A stretch of 62,780 bases of DNA, filler included, from Asterionella formosa (lineage: Eukaryota): NCBI GenBank assembly GCA_002256025.1. It is 32 parts of 32 records of this genome, joined end to end, with 100 filler letters (N's around TTAATTAATTAA, not from the genome) between each part and the next. Parts side by side here need not be neighbours in the genome. Positions count along the whole stretch, not along the records: positions 1 to 1,267 come from NKIB01003310.1; positions 1,368 to 2,634 come from NKIB01003311.1; positions 2,735 to 4,001 come from NKIB01003312.1; positions 4,102 to 5,368 come from NKIB01003313.1; positions 5,469 to 6,734 come from NKIB01003314.1; positions 6,835 to 8,100 come from NKIB01003315.1; positions 8,201 to 9,465 come from NKIB01003316.1; positions 9,566 to 10,830 come from NKIB01003317.1; 24 more parts are not named here. One strand, written 5' to 3'. Each line of letters starts with the position of its first letter. Position 1 is the stretch's first letter. The translations under genes were made by a program, and so were the position numbers. Of the stretch, positions 1 through 12,295 are shown one piece after another. A model generated the notes under the pieces. It worked only from the letters and a program-made list of their open reading frames with translations. It was not told the DNA's origin and searched no databases.

Positions 1-1096
1 CTGGTATACCGGTAGATGTGTCTATGATGGGCGTTAGACGTGTGACTCGTTCCCGACTGATACATTCAGGGCGGCTTTCATGCCCTACATATTCGAACAC
101 GATCGCATCGGTCGTTCTGCCTGTACAAATATTCATTGTCATGGTAGTCTATCGATGCACGTAGTACCAGGACCGCTTGTTGTTTAATTTTAGAACCATA
201 CGTATACTGGTACAAAGTGTCATTGTCGATTTTCCGGGACTGCATTGTCAGCATGCTTGGAATATAACACGGGCGGTATCATGCTTGCTATTGTGGAATC
301 CGTCAAATGAGAAAGAAGCCTTTAAAAAACGGTACTTGTTCAGTACCAGTTATCGGTATGTTCCTTGGTGCTGCTGGCTGTGGTGGTCAAACAAGGAGTC
401 ATTTTGTGTTCTCTTTGCTTCGATGCATCAGTAAGTACCGGTAAGTAGTCTGGGACAATATTGCAGTTATGATATTGGTATGAAAGCAAAAACACACTCT
501 GTTCGTTTCGTACCGGTAAAAAGATATATAAATAAGAAGGCCATTAGTTAATCAAAGCACTTAACTCCTACAGCTTAATAAGTAATAAGAATACTGGGAC
601 GTAAACTGTAGACTGTCGTAAATTGATCAAAAACGGTAAACCTTAAGGGTCGTTCTTATCATTCCGATGGACTTGAGTTGTTGTACCTGGTCCCAGGTCC
701 CAGTACCTTCGGACATTATGTAGGTTTGCAATCTAATACAGACCAGATACAATCTCCTTTAGAGGATGAATACAAACCAACTTTCCAGCAGTACCCAGGT
801 ACACGTTCAAATAATAGGGGGTAGTACGTCATGGCTAATAAGGAATACCGGTGGGTTTGAACCTATAGTTATTGGAATTAGAAAAAGGAATCCGTGAAAT
901 TACCGGGACCTGGTAACGGTACTCTAAATGAATAAACTGCGTTTACTTGTGCTGCAGTAGTCCAAAAAAATTGCTGCAGAATGCATGTGGAACCATGTTT
1001 GCACCAGAAATCTAGGGGAAATCCCTGTTATAGTTGACTGGAGCGAGGATGGCAACGTTGGAACAAGGCAGTTAATCCAAGGAAAGTATAGAAAGT

Positions 1097-1267
1097 TTAA
1101 AAGAAATCCGGAAGATCATCACTACTACTAGATTTCGATGGTCCTCCCCGCTTTCGTTTCGCTTTTTGTTCAGATCGTTTCTTGGCTTGAGTCTGTTTGG
1201 CTACATCCGCAGTTCGTCGCCTATGTTTTTGTTTGTCCTTGGCTCTAAACTCATCAGTCATTCCCGA
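1097..1267 (-). CDS. 3' end of an unknown Lys/Arg-rich protein (partial)
   Basis: Open frame from the contig edge: SGMTDEFRAKDKQKHRRR...SSSSDDLPDFF-stop. Not in the ORF track because there is no start codon. Confidence 0.5.
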   Translation of the reverse strand, partial: SGMTDEFRAKDKQKHRRRTADVAKQTQAKKRSEQKAKRKRGGPSKSSSSDDLPDFF

Positions 1268-1367
1268 NNNNNNNNNNNNNNNNNNNNNNNNNNNNNNNNN
1301 NNNNNNNNNNNTTAATTAATTAANNNNNNNNNNNNNNNNNNNNNNNNNNNNNNNNNNNNNNNNNNNN
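1268..1367. other. Artificial contig linker N44-TTAATTAATTAA-N44 (first of 31; last at 61421-61520)
   Basis: Identical 100-nt spacer with stop codons in all six frames recurs about every 1.36 kb; flanking sequences are unrelated. Confidence 0.99.
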
Positions 1368-2079
1368 CCCCCCCCCCTTTTTTTCTTGCCATCACCTCTT
1401 CTCAACAAGCACATGAGAAAGGATCTAACACCACAAGAGTGTCAACTTATTTTGGATTATGGTCTGCAGAACCACAAAAAGGACCTGATGGGGAAGACAA
1501 AATAGATGGTCAGCTTGTTTTAGTGCTGGGAACCATTAAATATTTGGCAGGCTTGTTCAAAGTTGATAAAGAACTATACCATGATGTATTTGGAATGGCA
1601 CACTCAAATCCTATAATATTGGTGATAGTATTGTGTTAGCATCGCTTTACCACAAAATTTTGGCTGGATGTCATCTGCAAATTTAATCATGAAGAATTAA
1701 TTGCAGCAATTAGAGATATCCATATCGCAAATGGACGACTTAGCTATTGTAAATTAGCAGCTGTTCTTGCCCTTCCCAAGTCAACAGAATTTGGATTGCT
1801 AAGAAGCAAGGATAAAGAAAGACGCAATGTAAAACATCCACACACATGTGCGGTTCAGCCGAAGCTCACAGAGGAGGTTAAGATCACTTGCTTTATGTAC
1901 TAGCCATTGTATTAATCACTTACAACTAAACCATCCAGATAAAGAATATCCTTCCCCTGACATTGATTTTGTTCCTGGTATGTTCATTTATTATGATGGC
2001 TTCTATGACCAGGTGCGGCTGCATATGTAGATGAGAAGAAGCGGTTTTAGTTTTTGAAGAAAAGTGAAAGATAGTATGT

Positions 2080-2330
2080 TCCATAGCCCATTTGTACTCC
2101 CCTTTTCTAGGCAAGTCTTTCATTATACTACTACCTGCCAACAAGACCTGTGCTTCCCTAGTTTTGTTGACATAGGTGAGTCCCCAACCACCTTTCACGA
2201 AAGGTGATTGTCTTAGCCGCAGCATTAGTAGTAGGGGAAACTCCAACCGCCTAGGAAGGTGGCACAATCTGCTTATGGGGGGGGGGGGGCAAGCCATTTT
2301 TTGTTGCCCCCCGGGCATGCCCGTGGGGGA
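2080..2330 (-). repeat. Dispersed CpG-decayed repeat, homologous to 41720-41910
   Basis: Shared blocks TCCCCAACCACCTTT..AAAGGTGAT, GCAGCATTAG, GGGGAAACTC and CTAGGAAGGTGGCACAA match the reverse complement of 41720-41910. Confidence 0.8.
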
Positions 2331-2898
2331 GGGTCAAGCAAAGGCAACATGCTAAACCACTAAGCCATTCCCTAGAAAAGTGAAAAATATATCTGTTGCT
2401 TGGAGAGAAGAAGCACCCAAAATAAGGCGAACAACAAAACATAAGGAGCATATTGAAAAGGTAGTGTATTACATGTGATAATGCCACCAGGAGGGTGATA
2501 ATAGGCAGGAATATACATAATATACATGAGCTTTGCTCATTCTTAATATTAATTATCTGGTTTGCAATCCATCAAACCTCTCTTGTTGACTGTCTTCTCT
2601 TAATTGTTGCCTTATAGACACAGTAGAGGACAGGNNNNNNNNNNNNNNNNNNNNNNNNNNNNNNNNNNNNNNNNNNNNTTAATTAATTAANNNNNNNNNN
2701 NNNNNNNNNNNNNNNNNNNNNNNNNNNNNNNNNNCGCAAAACATGCAACGCCTCTTCTCGTTCTGGAGTAATGAAAATAGAACTCATCAAACTAATCCCA
2801 CATGTAGTCTGGTAAGGTTCTCAGGTTCACGTTAATGGCCAGTCACCATCAAGTTGCATTGAGTTGAAAGGTCACCAAAGCAACATGGATGATGCTCC

Positions 2899-4001
2899 TT
2901 AAAGTGATCGGTCCAAGTATTTCTTAAACAGTTCAAGTCCTTCTTTTGGGAGATAAGCTGGGACCTCGTGGCCGCATCCATGTACAGTTGCTAGTGTAAA
3001 GGTTGCATTCGTTCGGTTGCCAAGGTCAAATTTAGTAATATATCCAGAAACCTGCTCATTCACATACCACGGATTCCAGAGGAAATCCTCTTTTGGTGTT
3101 ACACCTAAATCATAGATCCAGCTCTGCGTCCCTTCAAGAGCACAAATAGAATCATCATCACCAGAGAGGATCATAAGGTCGAGATCATGTAGGCCTTTGA
3201 CACCTTCCTGGACTAGGTTACGATACAAATCGATCACAGGTGTCATGACATCATCGTTCGAGTACATGTCAGTGATGGCTTGGTTGCATGGACCCCAGAC
3301 CACATCACCTCCTTTGACATGCAATGCAGCTTTCACATCATCGCGGTTTATGTACTTTGTGAACGCTCGTTCAGAGCAAGGTTTATAGTTGTCCCAGGGA
3401 GGTAGAAATGGTGGACCTGACTTCCTTATATGACGCATAAGCGCATGCACCTGCGATGATGGAGAGCGTAGTCTTTTAAAAAGTGAACTCGAGCTCCCAT
3501 CGGCATCGTAAAATTTGGCCATGGAGGGAGTGCACACGGGATAGTCTAATGCATATGGATTGATGTCGTCGCCCATGTTGTTGTTGATAAGGTCCATTAT
3601 CTGTCCACACTCCTCGCTTGGTTCGTAAGCATCTGCGGCTGTACAGACATCTAAGAACTTGTCATACCATGGTTTCGGCACCAATCCATGGGAGTAAAAA
3701 GCAGAGAATTGAGTCATCAAAGTGGAGACAGGATCGACCCAGGGATTCCCAACCAGCATACCCTTGAAGTTGATGAAGCCGTCTGAGTTACGATCCAAAA
3801 TCTCTTGTGTCACTAATGAAATTTGTAGGATAGGTTAGAGCAGGTTCCAAGACAAGTTTGCCAAGACTACCGAACGATTCAAAAACAAAACTTACTTTGA
3901 GGCATGTAGTGACCACCGTAGCTTTCCGATGTTGCGTAAAACGCATTGCCTTGCCGTTCCGGGAACCGCGTAAGAAACTCTCGAATCAAAACGTAGTTGT
4001 C
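2899..4001 (-). CDS. Serine carboxypeptidase (peptidase S10), 5'-partial; intron 3813-3895
   Basis: Upstream exon gives SESYGGHYMPQ (catalytic Ser); GTAAGT...CTAAC...TAG intron; then VGNPW, SGDDDSIC (Asp) and HGCGHEVP (His). Confidence 0.93.
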
Positions 4002-4101
4002 NNNNNNNNNNNNNNNNNNNNNNNNNNNNNNNNNNNNNNNNNNNNTTAATTAATTAANNNNNNNNNNNNNNNNNNNNNNNNNNNNNNNNNNNNNNNNNNN
4101 N

Positions 4102-4697
4102 ATGAAGGGGCAATTAAGAAAATTTGTCGGTATCTAAAAGGAACAGCAACCGAAGGGATCGTATTTACACCATCCAAGGAATTCGCAATTGATTGCTATG
4201 TGGATTCAGACTTTGCAGGATTATATGGAAGTGAAGATTCACATGATCCAGTTTGTGCTAAGTCAAGGACAGGGTATGTCATAACGTTAGCTGGATGCCC
4301 TCTACTATGGGTATCCAAACTACAGACCACTATAGCCCTATCTACTATGGAAGCTGAGTACCAGGCCTTGTCAGCAAGTTGTCGGGATCTTATTCCATTA
4401 AGACAAATTTGCAAGGAGGCATCTGAAGCTCTAGAGATTACTGAGCGGTTCATAGTACGGTCACATTCAAAGATATACGAAGACAATAGTGCATGTTTGT
4501 CTCAAGCAACGATGCCGAAAATGACGCCGCGTACAAAACATATTGCAGTGGCATATCATTGGTTTAGAGAGTACGTGACATCAGGTGATATTGAAATCTT
4601 AAAGATTGAAACTACAAAACAACTTGGGGACATTTTCACAAAGGGTTTAGTAGCAGAGAAATTTACAGCAATACGCAAGTTACTATGTGGATGGTAG
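4102..4697 (+). mobile_element. Ty1/Copia pol 3' end (RT C-terminus and RNase H)
   Basis: YVDSDFAG, SRTGYV, LSTMEAEY, YEDNSAC, RTKHI, QLGDIFTKGL. Confidence 0.95.
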
Positions 4698-4721
4698 CTA
4701 CATGCTTTTGCTGAGAGGGAG

Positions 4722-4949
4722 AGTTGAAACACATAGAGATTCCTGATTCCTGATCAGGTTATGAGTGTCAATATATTTTCGCCTCTAGTGACCTGATTAG
4801 GAACATGTACCACAATCCACTAGATGATTGATTCAAGATTACATGGTTAAATATCGCGTGTAAAATGCCACAGTTGAGAGAGGAACTTTCAGGAGAAGTT
4901 CTCTCTAACCTGTTAATTGGACTCTAGAAGACGATCAGACCTAGAAGCC
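4722..4949 (+). mobile_element. 3' LTR (interrupted) after polypurine tract GAGAGGGAG
   Basis: Nearly identical to the reverse complement of about 56888-57115; follows the pol stop and PPT; cut by an insertion at 4950. Confidence 0.85.
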
Positions 4950-5368
4950 CATCTAAGACGCGAAATACGCCACTTTTCGAAATTTCGTCTACGTATGAGT
5001 GTTAATTATGTGGTACTTCACATGCATTAATGCCACTCTTCACGTAAAAAAGATTACTTTTAACGGTTTCATGTGAAGTTTTAACTGCTTCATGTGAAGT
5101 TTTCACAATGAATTTTGAACGCAAGACTGAATTAGTTGATGTTTCAAATAATTCATTTGACTTTTCGAAATTTCGTTTACGTACGAGTGTTAATTATGTG
5201 GTACTTCACATGCATTAATGCCACTCTTCACGTAAAAAGGTTACTTTTAACGGTTTCATGTGAAGTTTTAACTGTTTCATGTGAAGTTTTCACAATGAAT
5301 TTTGAACGCGAGACTGAATTAGTTGATGTTTCAAATAATTCATTTGAAAGTTCAAATAAGATCCTGCT
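4950..5368 (+). mobile_element. End of DNA transposon-like element (terminus CATCTAAG[A/C]CGCG) with about 188-bp subterminal tandem repeats
   Basis: Same terminus and repeats at 60160-60409 (reverse strand); repeat units start at 4973 and 5161. Confidence 0.75.
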
Positions 5369-5468
5369 NNNNNNNNNNNNNNNNNNNNNNNNNNNNNNNN
5401 NNNNNNNNNNNNTTAATTAATTAANNNNNNNNNNNNNNNNNNNNNNNNNNNNNNNNNNNNNNNNNNNN

Positions 5469-5870
5469 TGCTGTGTTGTACCACTTTCCTTGTCTATCCA
5501 TTTGAAGTTGGCCCAATCATGCATACCAAGAAAACCCCTGTCCCAAATAATTGGGATGGACATGGAAAGTATTTCCATCTCGTTTGTGTTCACACCGCAG
5601 GACCTCAATCGACTTTTTGGTTATGAAGCAGGGAAGCACTTCCTTTCCTAGAAATCGAATTAAATCAAGAAGGTCAACTCCTGATGTCTTTATAGTCGCC
5701 GAATTGGAAGTGACAGACAAGGCAATAGCAAAATCACCATTATTTTCCTGTAACTTTAAGATAAAGCGTGAACCACCTGTAGATGTGAAGAAGCAAGGTG
5801 CAATTTTCATGGTGGATTCCATGGATGTTGTCCAAAGATTACAGGAAATGAAACCATTGGGGTAAGCAAT
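5469..5870 (-). pseudogene. EnSpm/Plavaka-like transposase C-terminal fragment, frameshifted
   Basis: EHKRDGNTFHVHPNYLGQGFSWY followed, in another frame, by DWANFKW; resembles the HPNY..G..WYDW motif of such transposases (recall-based). Confidence 0.5.
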
Positions 5871-5877
5871 GCTGCTT

Positions 5878-6734
5878 GTTGCGTGTTTGGTAATGGCTAC
5901 AGACGCCGGAATCAAGCTTTGAAAGAAGGAGGAATACTCACATTGCATTTTAACATTTTTTCCTGACCTCTGATTGCTTTTCCTTGCGTTGTGCCTTTTA
6001 CCACGTCAGCCCAGGTAAATCTTTGTAGCGGCTGTACGGTTTTAACTGTAGCACTGTTCTCTCTCGTGTCCACTATACCCTTCACGCCTGTCCTGTGGCA
6101 GTCAGCTCGCATTTTTCCAACACGCTCCTCGGCTGTTGCCAGGGAACTGGCAGTCAGGGTATCGACATGAGCAGCTCCTAGAAGCACATTTCGGAATGTT
6201 CTGAACAGGTTTCCTTGCAGTGGTTTCGTAAAAAAATCCCCCAACATTTCCAACGTTGGACAGTGGCGAATGGTGATTCCTTCATCTACCGATCGATCCT
6301 TAATCCAGAAATAGCGGATGTTGATATGCCGAGACTTTGGCCCTGCCGAAATTCGTCCGTTCTTCTCGAGTTTAATTGCGCTCTCGTTGTCTTGTTCGAA
6401 GAAACTTTCTTGAATCTTGTATCCCTGTGCTTCAAGAAACATTTTACCCACAGTGTGTTCGGGAGATAGTCGCTGGCACCCACAAATTCAGCCTCCGTCG
6501 AACTCTTTGTGTTCAATTTCTGCTTGGTCGACTTGCATATGATGCCTCCAGTTCCAAAAGACATCACGCCACCGGTGTGGCTCTTCATGTCAGGGTGCAC
6601 GGCAAAGGCCGCATCCACCCACGACCTCATCTTGCCCATGTCGTCGGCTCCAATGGTGTATTCCACATCCATACTTCCATTTATGTATTCCAACACCCGT
6701 CGTAGCTTTTTCTGATCTTGTTTGGTGCTTTTTG
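5878..6734 (-). mobile_element. Ty1/Copia RNase H (frameshift near 6445) with PPT and 3' LTR starting at 6122
   Basis: WVDAAFAVHPDMKSHTGG, KSSTEAEFVG, EQDNESAI, SRHINIRYFW, GDFFTKPLQG; GAGGAGCG then TGTTGG at 6122. The distal LTR end is uncertain. Confidence 0.88.
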
Positions 6735-6834
6735 NNNNNNNNNNNNNNNNNNNNNNNNNNNNNNNNNNNNNNNNNNNNTTAATTAATTAANNNNNNNNNN
6801 NNNNNNNNNNNNNNNNNNNNNNNNNNNNNNNNNN

Positions 6835-7588
6835 CTCAAAGCACAGGCCAAATATAAACTCCTCTGTCTCAGCATGAAGATTTCGAATTCGGAGCAATGC
6901 TTATCAGCATCTCCCCCTTCCACCAAAAGTTTCCAATGGTTGGGATGTCTATTAATTGATTCGAACAGCTCAATTCGGGAAATAACAACTCCTTTGACAT
7001 TGGCTTCATCTCCATACTTTGCTTTGGGAGCAAATAGTGTCCTGGCCTCACCTGACTTCCAATAATCTATGCTCAGACGAGCCTGCTCTTGCTCTATATT
7101 ATCCGAAATTGTTGATGATGATTGATGTTGATTTAAGGCTTCAATGGAGGGAGTATCAGCTTCATTTGAGTTCATCAATTTGGCTCGTTTGTTGAGTGAT
7201 CCAACTTCAAGATTATCCATCACCTCTGCAGTTCGAATTTGCCTTGAACCCCCTAATAGTCGCTTTGTGACGCTATTATTAAGAAAAGAAGCGACATTAC
7301 TGTTCTTCGGAAACAAAGGAGCAGGAGAACCATGGTCAGAAAAGAAGAATAGGTTGTAGCGGACGCTCTTGACTTGACAGTTGGCTCTATAGAAGTCCAC
7401 CACTGTGCCACTTGGAATGGTGATTCTATTGGGATCATAGGACATTGAAGGGTAGCACTTGTTCATGTATGTCATCAATGTTCGCGTAGTCAATAGCATG
7501 TCGCTTCCAATGTTGAATTTTTGGTTCATGTAGTGAATGAGGAGGTCGGCCGGAATCCAGCGCCCACGTAGTGATGACTCCGCCATCA
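6835..7588 (-). CDS. Unknown ORF, N-terminal part, probably transposon-encoded (3'-partial)
   Basis: Open frame of about 250 aa from MAESSLRGRW running into the gap; upstream are a double hairpin and CCTAA repeats typical of a TE end. Confidence 0.45.
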
Positions 7589-7879
7589 CCAAAGAAAAAT
7601 ATCGTCCAAACAACTGAAAGTTTGATGTCATCTGTTTTGCGGTTTGGTTTCCGATCAGCGCTATGATCACGGTTCTAATACTATATCGCAAAACACAAGG
7701 CACTGAAGGGAAGCAAAGGGAACCAACCGAGCGCAATCAACATGGTGATGGTTGTAACAACAAGAGATTCATCGCACAAAATATTTAGCTATATTTTTAG
7801 AAATAATGGTTTGTACCAGGCCTACTAGAGCTACTATATGTTCTTCGATCATGCACCCAGCCATACCAGTTTCCATCTG

Positions 7880-8040
7880 TAGGATTAGTCATACTGCGTG
7901 CTACAGTTACATGTCCAGCCCTAGAAGGGCTGGATGCTCTATAGGGATGACGCCTAGAGGCGTCTTCCCTTTTCCCTAACCCTAGTCATTGTAGCCCTCA
8001 CCCCTAAACCTAACCCTACATTATATTGCATCCTGACCCT
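7880..8040. repeat. Double-hairpin / CCCTAA-type element end; second copy at 33143-33203
   Basis: Hairpins TCCAGCCCT-AGA-AGGGCTGGA and GACGCCT-AG-AGGCGTC, then CCCTAACCCTA; GTATGACTAATCC and GGGATGAC[A/G]CCT shared with 33143-33203. Confidence 0.65.
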
Positions 8041-10665
8041 ATCATAATTCCCACCCCCCACCCTGCCACTTGCAATAATTCCATCCTTCTTTTGATCCTT
8101 NNNNNNNNNNNNNNNNNNNNNNNNNNNNNNNNNNNNNNNNNNNNTTAATTAATTAANNNNNNNNNNNNNNNNNNNNNNNNNNNNNNNNNNNNNNNNNNNN
8201 ATTAGTGATTCTGATTCTGACATTTTGGTGACAGTTGAAAAGGCCGATATTGTCTAGCTCAACGTTGGCAGGGTTTGAAGAAGAGTTAAGTACATAGGTA
8301 ACCTTCATACAGCCCCAGAAGTTCACTTTCGGCGAGAAACTGCAGAAAGGAACTTCGGGGTTTTTACTAGGCCAAATAAACGAGTTGGCTCGGTAAAATC
8401 CACTATTTTCAGCATAGTTGAAAAACCGAATTTCCTTTCTGCAGTTTCTCTCCAGATCCTATATCCTGACAACATACAGCGTTGAACTATACCCCTACTT
8501 TGTCAGAAGACTGTATCTAAGCATATGGAAAGGGTGTATATTGGTGAAAGCTCCGTTTAGCGATTTACGTTTTTGGCGTAAGAAGTGTGAGTTTGACTAC
8601 TCTGACTCAATTTTAACCCTACCTAGAGCTAGGGGCAAAAGGAGGAACCTTAGAAACTTCGTGCTGAAAAGCGATAATTCTACGTACTATGTAATAATGG
8701 TATTCTGACTCTATTTTCGGTGCTGGCCACCATACGTTACCTGGTAGCCAATTGGTACACCATACGATGTGCATGATCGACCTCCATCATTCATGTAGAT
8801 AGGTGTGCGGAAAATTTCATGTACTACTCCCTCTGTTCATGTTTACCAGGTAGCTGCAACCAAACTTTAGTTCACTGCATGGTGCATACAATATAATTAA
8901 GTGAACCTGACTTCGGTTTTTTTGGCGCATTCGGAATGTATGCCCAGGAACCCCCCTCCCTTCCCTTTTCGTTGGCGCTGCCTTCGTTAGTTAATAGACA
9001 AAAGAAGAAGATTTGACACCAGCACACCAGGGACAATACATCGTTGATTGCTCGCTTCGAAGCCACAAAAGGGACGAGATCGAAGGCAATGAAATGGACA
9101 ACGGGCTCATAGTAATTCCAGGTGTTTAACTCCAGTTGGCTAAAAAGCTCGACGTCAGTAGAATCAAAATTTATTGTTTCTGGAAGCGCGCACTCGAATC
9201 GTTCACAAACGGAGATAGTGAAAGTTTCTTTGCATTGTCCTGGAAAAAAAGAGTGGGAGAGGTATAAAATACTCACCCACAAATATTACAGCAGCTGTCA
9301 GTTCCATACCTCGCTCGCCATCAGCAACAAACTTACCGCACATTGGCTCAGAAGCTTGGTCTTCCTGTTGCCACTGTATTGAATTATACTAATTTGAAGA
9401 AGATAGAAGTCATTCTGTCTGATTTATTTGTTGTCAGCCTTTCTTGAATATCGCATAGTACCACTNNNNNNNNNNNNNNNNNNNNNNNNNNNNNNNNNNN
9501 NNNNNNNNNTTAATTAATTAANNNNNNNNNNNNNNNNNNNNNNNNNNNNNNNNNNNNNNNNNNNNGACGATGGGATCAAAGAAAGACGAACGTTGCCTAT
9601 TGCAAGCCCGAATAGAGCAAAGGCAGGCAAGATAGAGTGAGAACTATATTTGTGAGGACGAAATCGGGCATACGGTACGTAAAATCAATGAACATGTGAA
9701 CGATATAATTCAACATTTCAGGTCTCGTAAAAATAATACCGAGTCTACAGAGAAAAAATCATAACGTGTTCAAAGTAAGCGTTAAAGCATAGCTTAAGCC
9801 ATGCATGGTTGTTTTTGTACCACGTACGTATGTAGACTAGATGACTGCCGGTACCGGCAGAATATCCGTTAAGCATCATTACATACATGACCGGAGCAAA
9901 AACTTGCCACCAACATCAGATGTATCGATATCATCGTGCGTCCGACGAAATATGGACGATGCGACTACATGAATACCTCGAGAAGACAAGCAATCCAACA
10001 ATCAACCGCATCCGTTAGGCAAAGAATCGCTACTGGCGTCATCGCGGAACTGATTTCGCTTCAAACCGGTCATGATGGAAGACGATTGGCATGGTGAAAG
10101 GTGAATTGCCGGAGTCCACTTTTCAGGAGACGAATAAAAACGAGGTGAATTCTAGATATAAATTATTAGAATCTGTGTAGTATATAAAATGGTTTCCTTA
10201 AGTAGACCCCTTGCCGATTTCGGCAATCCCAGGGCTGGAAAACCGAGGGGCAATTGGTGTCTGTTGTCTTGCCAAAATGCGAACATATGAAATATCTAAA
10301 ATTGAAGGAGGACATCCCATATTGTTCAACGTTTTGTGACATTTTCGGAATCAGTGGCTTCATTGCTATTGACAAGTAACTATGCTTAGAAGTCAAAACC
10401 AGCATAAGAGAAAATTTCCAGCATACCATGTATGCTAAGTAGAGGAGGAGAACGAAAAGACTTGAAATAGTTCAATAACCATGCTTCAAAATCTGCAGGA
10501 GCACTGGCTCTCATTAATATTGTCTTGCTTGGCCCAGATTTTAATAAACATCATGCAAAATGAAAAGGACTTGCTTTCATAAAACATTAAACTGCTTTAC
10601 TCCGTAAAGTTTTACTTTCAGAAAAACTTTTTGGCTATTGACATATTTTCTTATTCATTCAGGGC

Positions 10666-10794
10666 AGATGCTATTAATGAGTCGAAGTCCTTTATTTGAT
10701 TTAAACTTTATGATATGCACTCCAATCTAAGATGCTATTAATGAGTCGAAGTCCCTTTCTATGATTTGAACTTTATGATATGCTCCCCAATCTA
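10666..10794 (+). repeat. Tandem duplication of about 64 bp
   Basis: AGATGCTATTAATGAGTCGAAGTCC...CCAATCTA occurs twice (10666, 10730). Confidence 0.85.
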
Positions 10795-10930
10795 CGTAGC
10801 ACTTAACAGCACGGTCAAAAAATGGTCGGGNNNNNNNNNNNNNNNNNNNNNNNNNNNNNNNNNNNNNNNNNNNNTTAATTAATTAANNNNNNNNNNNNNN
10901 NNNNNNNNNNNNNNNNNNNNNNNNNNNNNN

Positions 10931-12195
10931 GCACTACTGCTGCAACCTCGACATGTACCAATGACACGAAAGCGATAGCTGAATACACCACCTCGTTGTG
11001 TAGGCTTTCGAGTAGGAGCTCGAGTGACAATACGCTGCACTCCTTGTAGTGATCGACGATTGCTACCACTCGTGACATTTACCGCTACAGCCATAGCATC
11101 CGTAAGTCTGCGAAATGATAAATCGCACGTCTCCCTGTTGAGCCCGTTCAGTGTATTGAATGTCTCAACGACTCCCTGCTCCAGTGCCGCAACTTGTGCT
11201 GGTGTAGCTTTGCTGGAATTGCCATCAAAGCTAACAACCAGGAAGGACTCAAAAGTAACAACCGCACCGCAATCTACTTCTTTCACTTCGAATGTTTCGC
11301 CATTCACAACATCAGAAATGAAAGCAGAAGTCAAAAGTCCATCTGTCAACAGACTCTGAATGATCATTTCAAAAGACGTTTCGAATTCACCAATTGTTGG
11401 ACCACGATTCTCTGCAAGGATTGGACAGAAGCAATTAGTCTCAGTAGTCCCAGACACTTGTTCACGTCGTTCACCACCGTCATGAATATTGAATGAGGAG
11501 GGCAGTGCGAGACGTCGACGAATGGCATCATCAAACAATCTGGCACTACTGCTGCAACCTCGACATGTACCAATGACACGAAAGCGATAGCTGAATACAC
11601 CACCTCGTTGTGTAGGCTTTCGAGTAGGAGCTCGAGTGACAATACGCTGCACTCCTTGTAGTGATCGACCATTGCTACCACTCGTGACATTTACCGCTAC
11701 AGCCATAGCATCCGTAAGTCTGCGAAATGATAAATCGCACGTCTCCCTGTTGAGTCCATTCAGTGTATTGAATGTCTCAACGACTCCCTGCTCCAGTGCC
11801 GCAACTTGTGCTGGTGTAGCTTTGCTGGAATTGCCATCAAAGCTAACAACCAGGAAGGACTCAAAAGTAACAACCGCACCGCAATCTACTTCTTTCACTT
11901 CGAATGTTTCGCCATTCACAACATCAGAAATGAAAGCAGAAGTCAAAAGTCCATCTGTCAACAGACTCTGAATGATCATTTCAAAAGACGTTTCGAATTC
12001 ACCAATTGTTGGACCACGATTCTCTGCAAGGATTGGACAGAAGCAATTAGTCTCAGTAGTCCCAGACACTTGTTCACGTCGTTCACCACCGTCATGAATA
12101 TTGAATGAGGAGGGCAGTGCGAGACGTCGACGAATGGCATCATCAAACAATCTGGCACTACTGCTGCAACCTCGACATGTACCAATGACACGAAA
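10931..12195 (-). CDS. Internal part of a large tandem-repeat, probably extracellular, protein (612-bp / 204-aa units)
   Basis: Frame open across the whole contig; two near-identical units with CFCP, TCD and CRGC motifs, an APTRKPT linker and RRL/RSL motifs. Confidence 0.85.
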
Positions 12196-12295
12196 NNNNN
12201 NNNNNNNNNNNNNNNNNNNNNNNNNNNNNNNNNNNNNNNTTAATTAATTAANNNNNNNNNNNNNNNNNNNNNNNNNNNNNNNNNNNNNNNNNNNN

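Noticed and set aside
7975..8040. Telomere
   Set aside because: Only a few degenerate CCCTAA units, internal to the contig.
8872..9465. Possible spliced gene on the minus strand
   Set aside because: Could not build a consistent exon chain or recognise a domain.
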